Source: a virus
Taxonomy: Duplodnaviria > Caudoviricetes
DNA length: 34,392 nt
IMG/VR virus record: IMGVR_UViG_3300017651_000198
Span: 1 to 34,392 of that record
Strand: one strand, 5' to 3'
How positions within the stretch are numbered: position 1 is the first letter of the stretch; each line of letters starts with the position of its first letter. Below are positions 33,857-34,392 of this stretch, piece after piece. A program made the position numbers and the translations under genes. The notes below the pieces were generated by a model that was not told the origin of the DNA, made no database searches, and saw only the letters and a list, made by a program, of their open reading frames with translations.

Positions 33857-34392
33857 CGATGACGTGCCCTAGGTGCTGGGGCCGCAAGTACGAAAGCAGC
33901 GACGCGCGGGTCGGCGCCTGTTCCGCCTGCCACGGCGACGGCGTCGTGCCGGACGAGCAGCTCTCCCCGCACTTCCGCCTCTCGGAGCTGCTCCGCTCCA
34001 CCGAGGCGGCCAAGCGCAGCATCGAGAACCACCCGGCCGTCGCCGACGTCGCGAACCTGCGCGCGCTCTGTCGCGAGCTCCTCGAGCCCGTCCGTGCGGC
34101 GGTGGGGCCGCTGATCATCACCAGCGGACTTCGGCGCCCTGAGCTGAACCGGGCGGTGAAGGGCGAGCCGACCAGCGCCCACCTGGTGGGATGGGCTGCG
34201 GACGTTGTTCCGGTGCGCGGCCGCCGCGAGGACCTGATGGCCTGGATCGCCAGCTCGAGCCTCGCATGGGACCAGGCGATCCTCGAGCCGACGTGGGTGC
34301 ACCTGGGCCTGCGGAAGCCGATCACGGGTGAGCAGCGGCGCCAGCTCCTTCGCAAGGAAGGCGGGAGGTACCCGGAATGGAAGGCAGCGTGA
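33844..34392 (+). CDS. Endolysin, peptidase M15A family, with N-terminal CxxCxG zinc finger
   Basis: LSPHFRLSEL..S, LEPVR...GP..ITSG.R...LN.AV.G...SAH..G.AAD, WVHLG. Confidence 0.9.
   Translation: MPELTMTCPRCWGRKYESSDARVGACSACHGDGVVPDEQLSPHFRLSELLRSTEAAKRSIENHPAVADVANLRALCRELLEPVRAAVGPLIITSGLRRPELNRAVKGEPTSAHLVGWAADVVPVRGRREDLMAWIASSSLAWDQAILEPTWVHLGLRKPITGEQRRQLLRKEGGRYPEWKAA

Larger units (their letters stand above)
135..34392. mobile_element. Temperate lambdoid/HK97-like siphovirus prophage integrated in tRNA-Pro; right end outside the window
   Basis: Gene order int-xis-early-cI/cro-replication-packaging-head-tail-lysis, starting at a tRNA 3' end. Confidence 0.95.

Noticed and set aside
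33860-34392. Second att site (duplicate of the tRNA 3' end)
   Set aside because: No copy of GGTTCAAATCCTGTCTCCCCGACCA was seen; the prophage must continue past the window.

Overview
The window is almost entirely one high-GC (about 70%) temperate siphovirus-like prophage integrated at the 3' end of a host tRNA-Pro(CGG) gene (58-134). The right prophage end lies beyond the window. Left to right it contains: (1) a tyrosine integrase whose ORF runs through the attachment site and antisense across the tRNA; (2) an excisionase and a tightly coupled leftward early operon (ERF annealing protein, dATP/dGTP diphosphohydrolase-like protein, many small Cys-rich ORFs); (3) a cI/cro switch with a readable 16-bp operator embedded in both divergent promoters; (4) a two-gene antisense membrane cassette (membrane-anchored HIRAN protein plus a signal-peptide/glycine-zipper protein); (5) a Dam-like methylase, a replication initiator with 22-bp iterons, and DnaB; (6) a putative late regulator followed by 10-bp phased repeats, a -10 element and a 17-bp hairpin; (7) HNH, cos-like region, TerS/TerL and an HK97-type head; (8) a small antisense membrane moron with its own sigma70-like promoter; (9) a non-contractile tail with a G-GGC-CCT -1 frameshift chaperone, tape measure and fibres; (10) an HExxH protein and a Zn-finger-fused M15A endolysin. 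A Myxococcota-like host is an inference only. The strongest candidates for undescribed systems are the membrane-HIRAN cassette, the Xis/BldC-like late-control module and the att-within-integrase switch. All family calls come from motif recognition by eye, not database searches.
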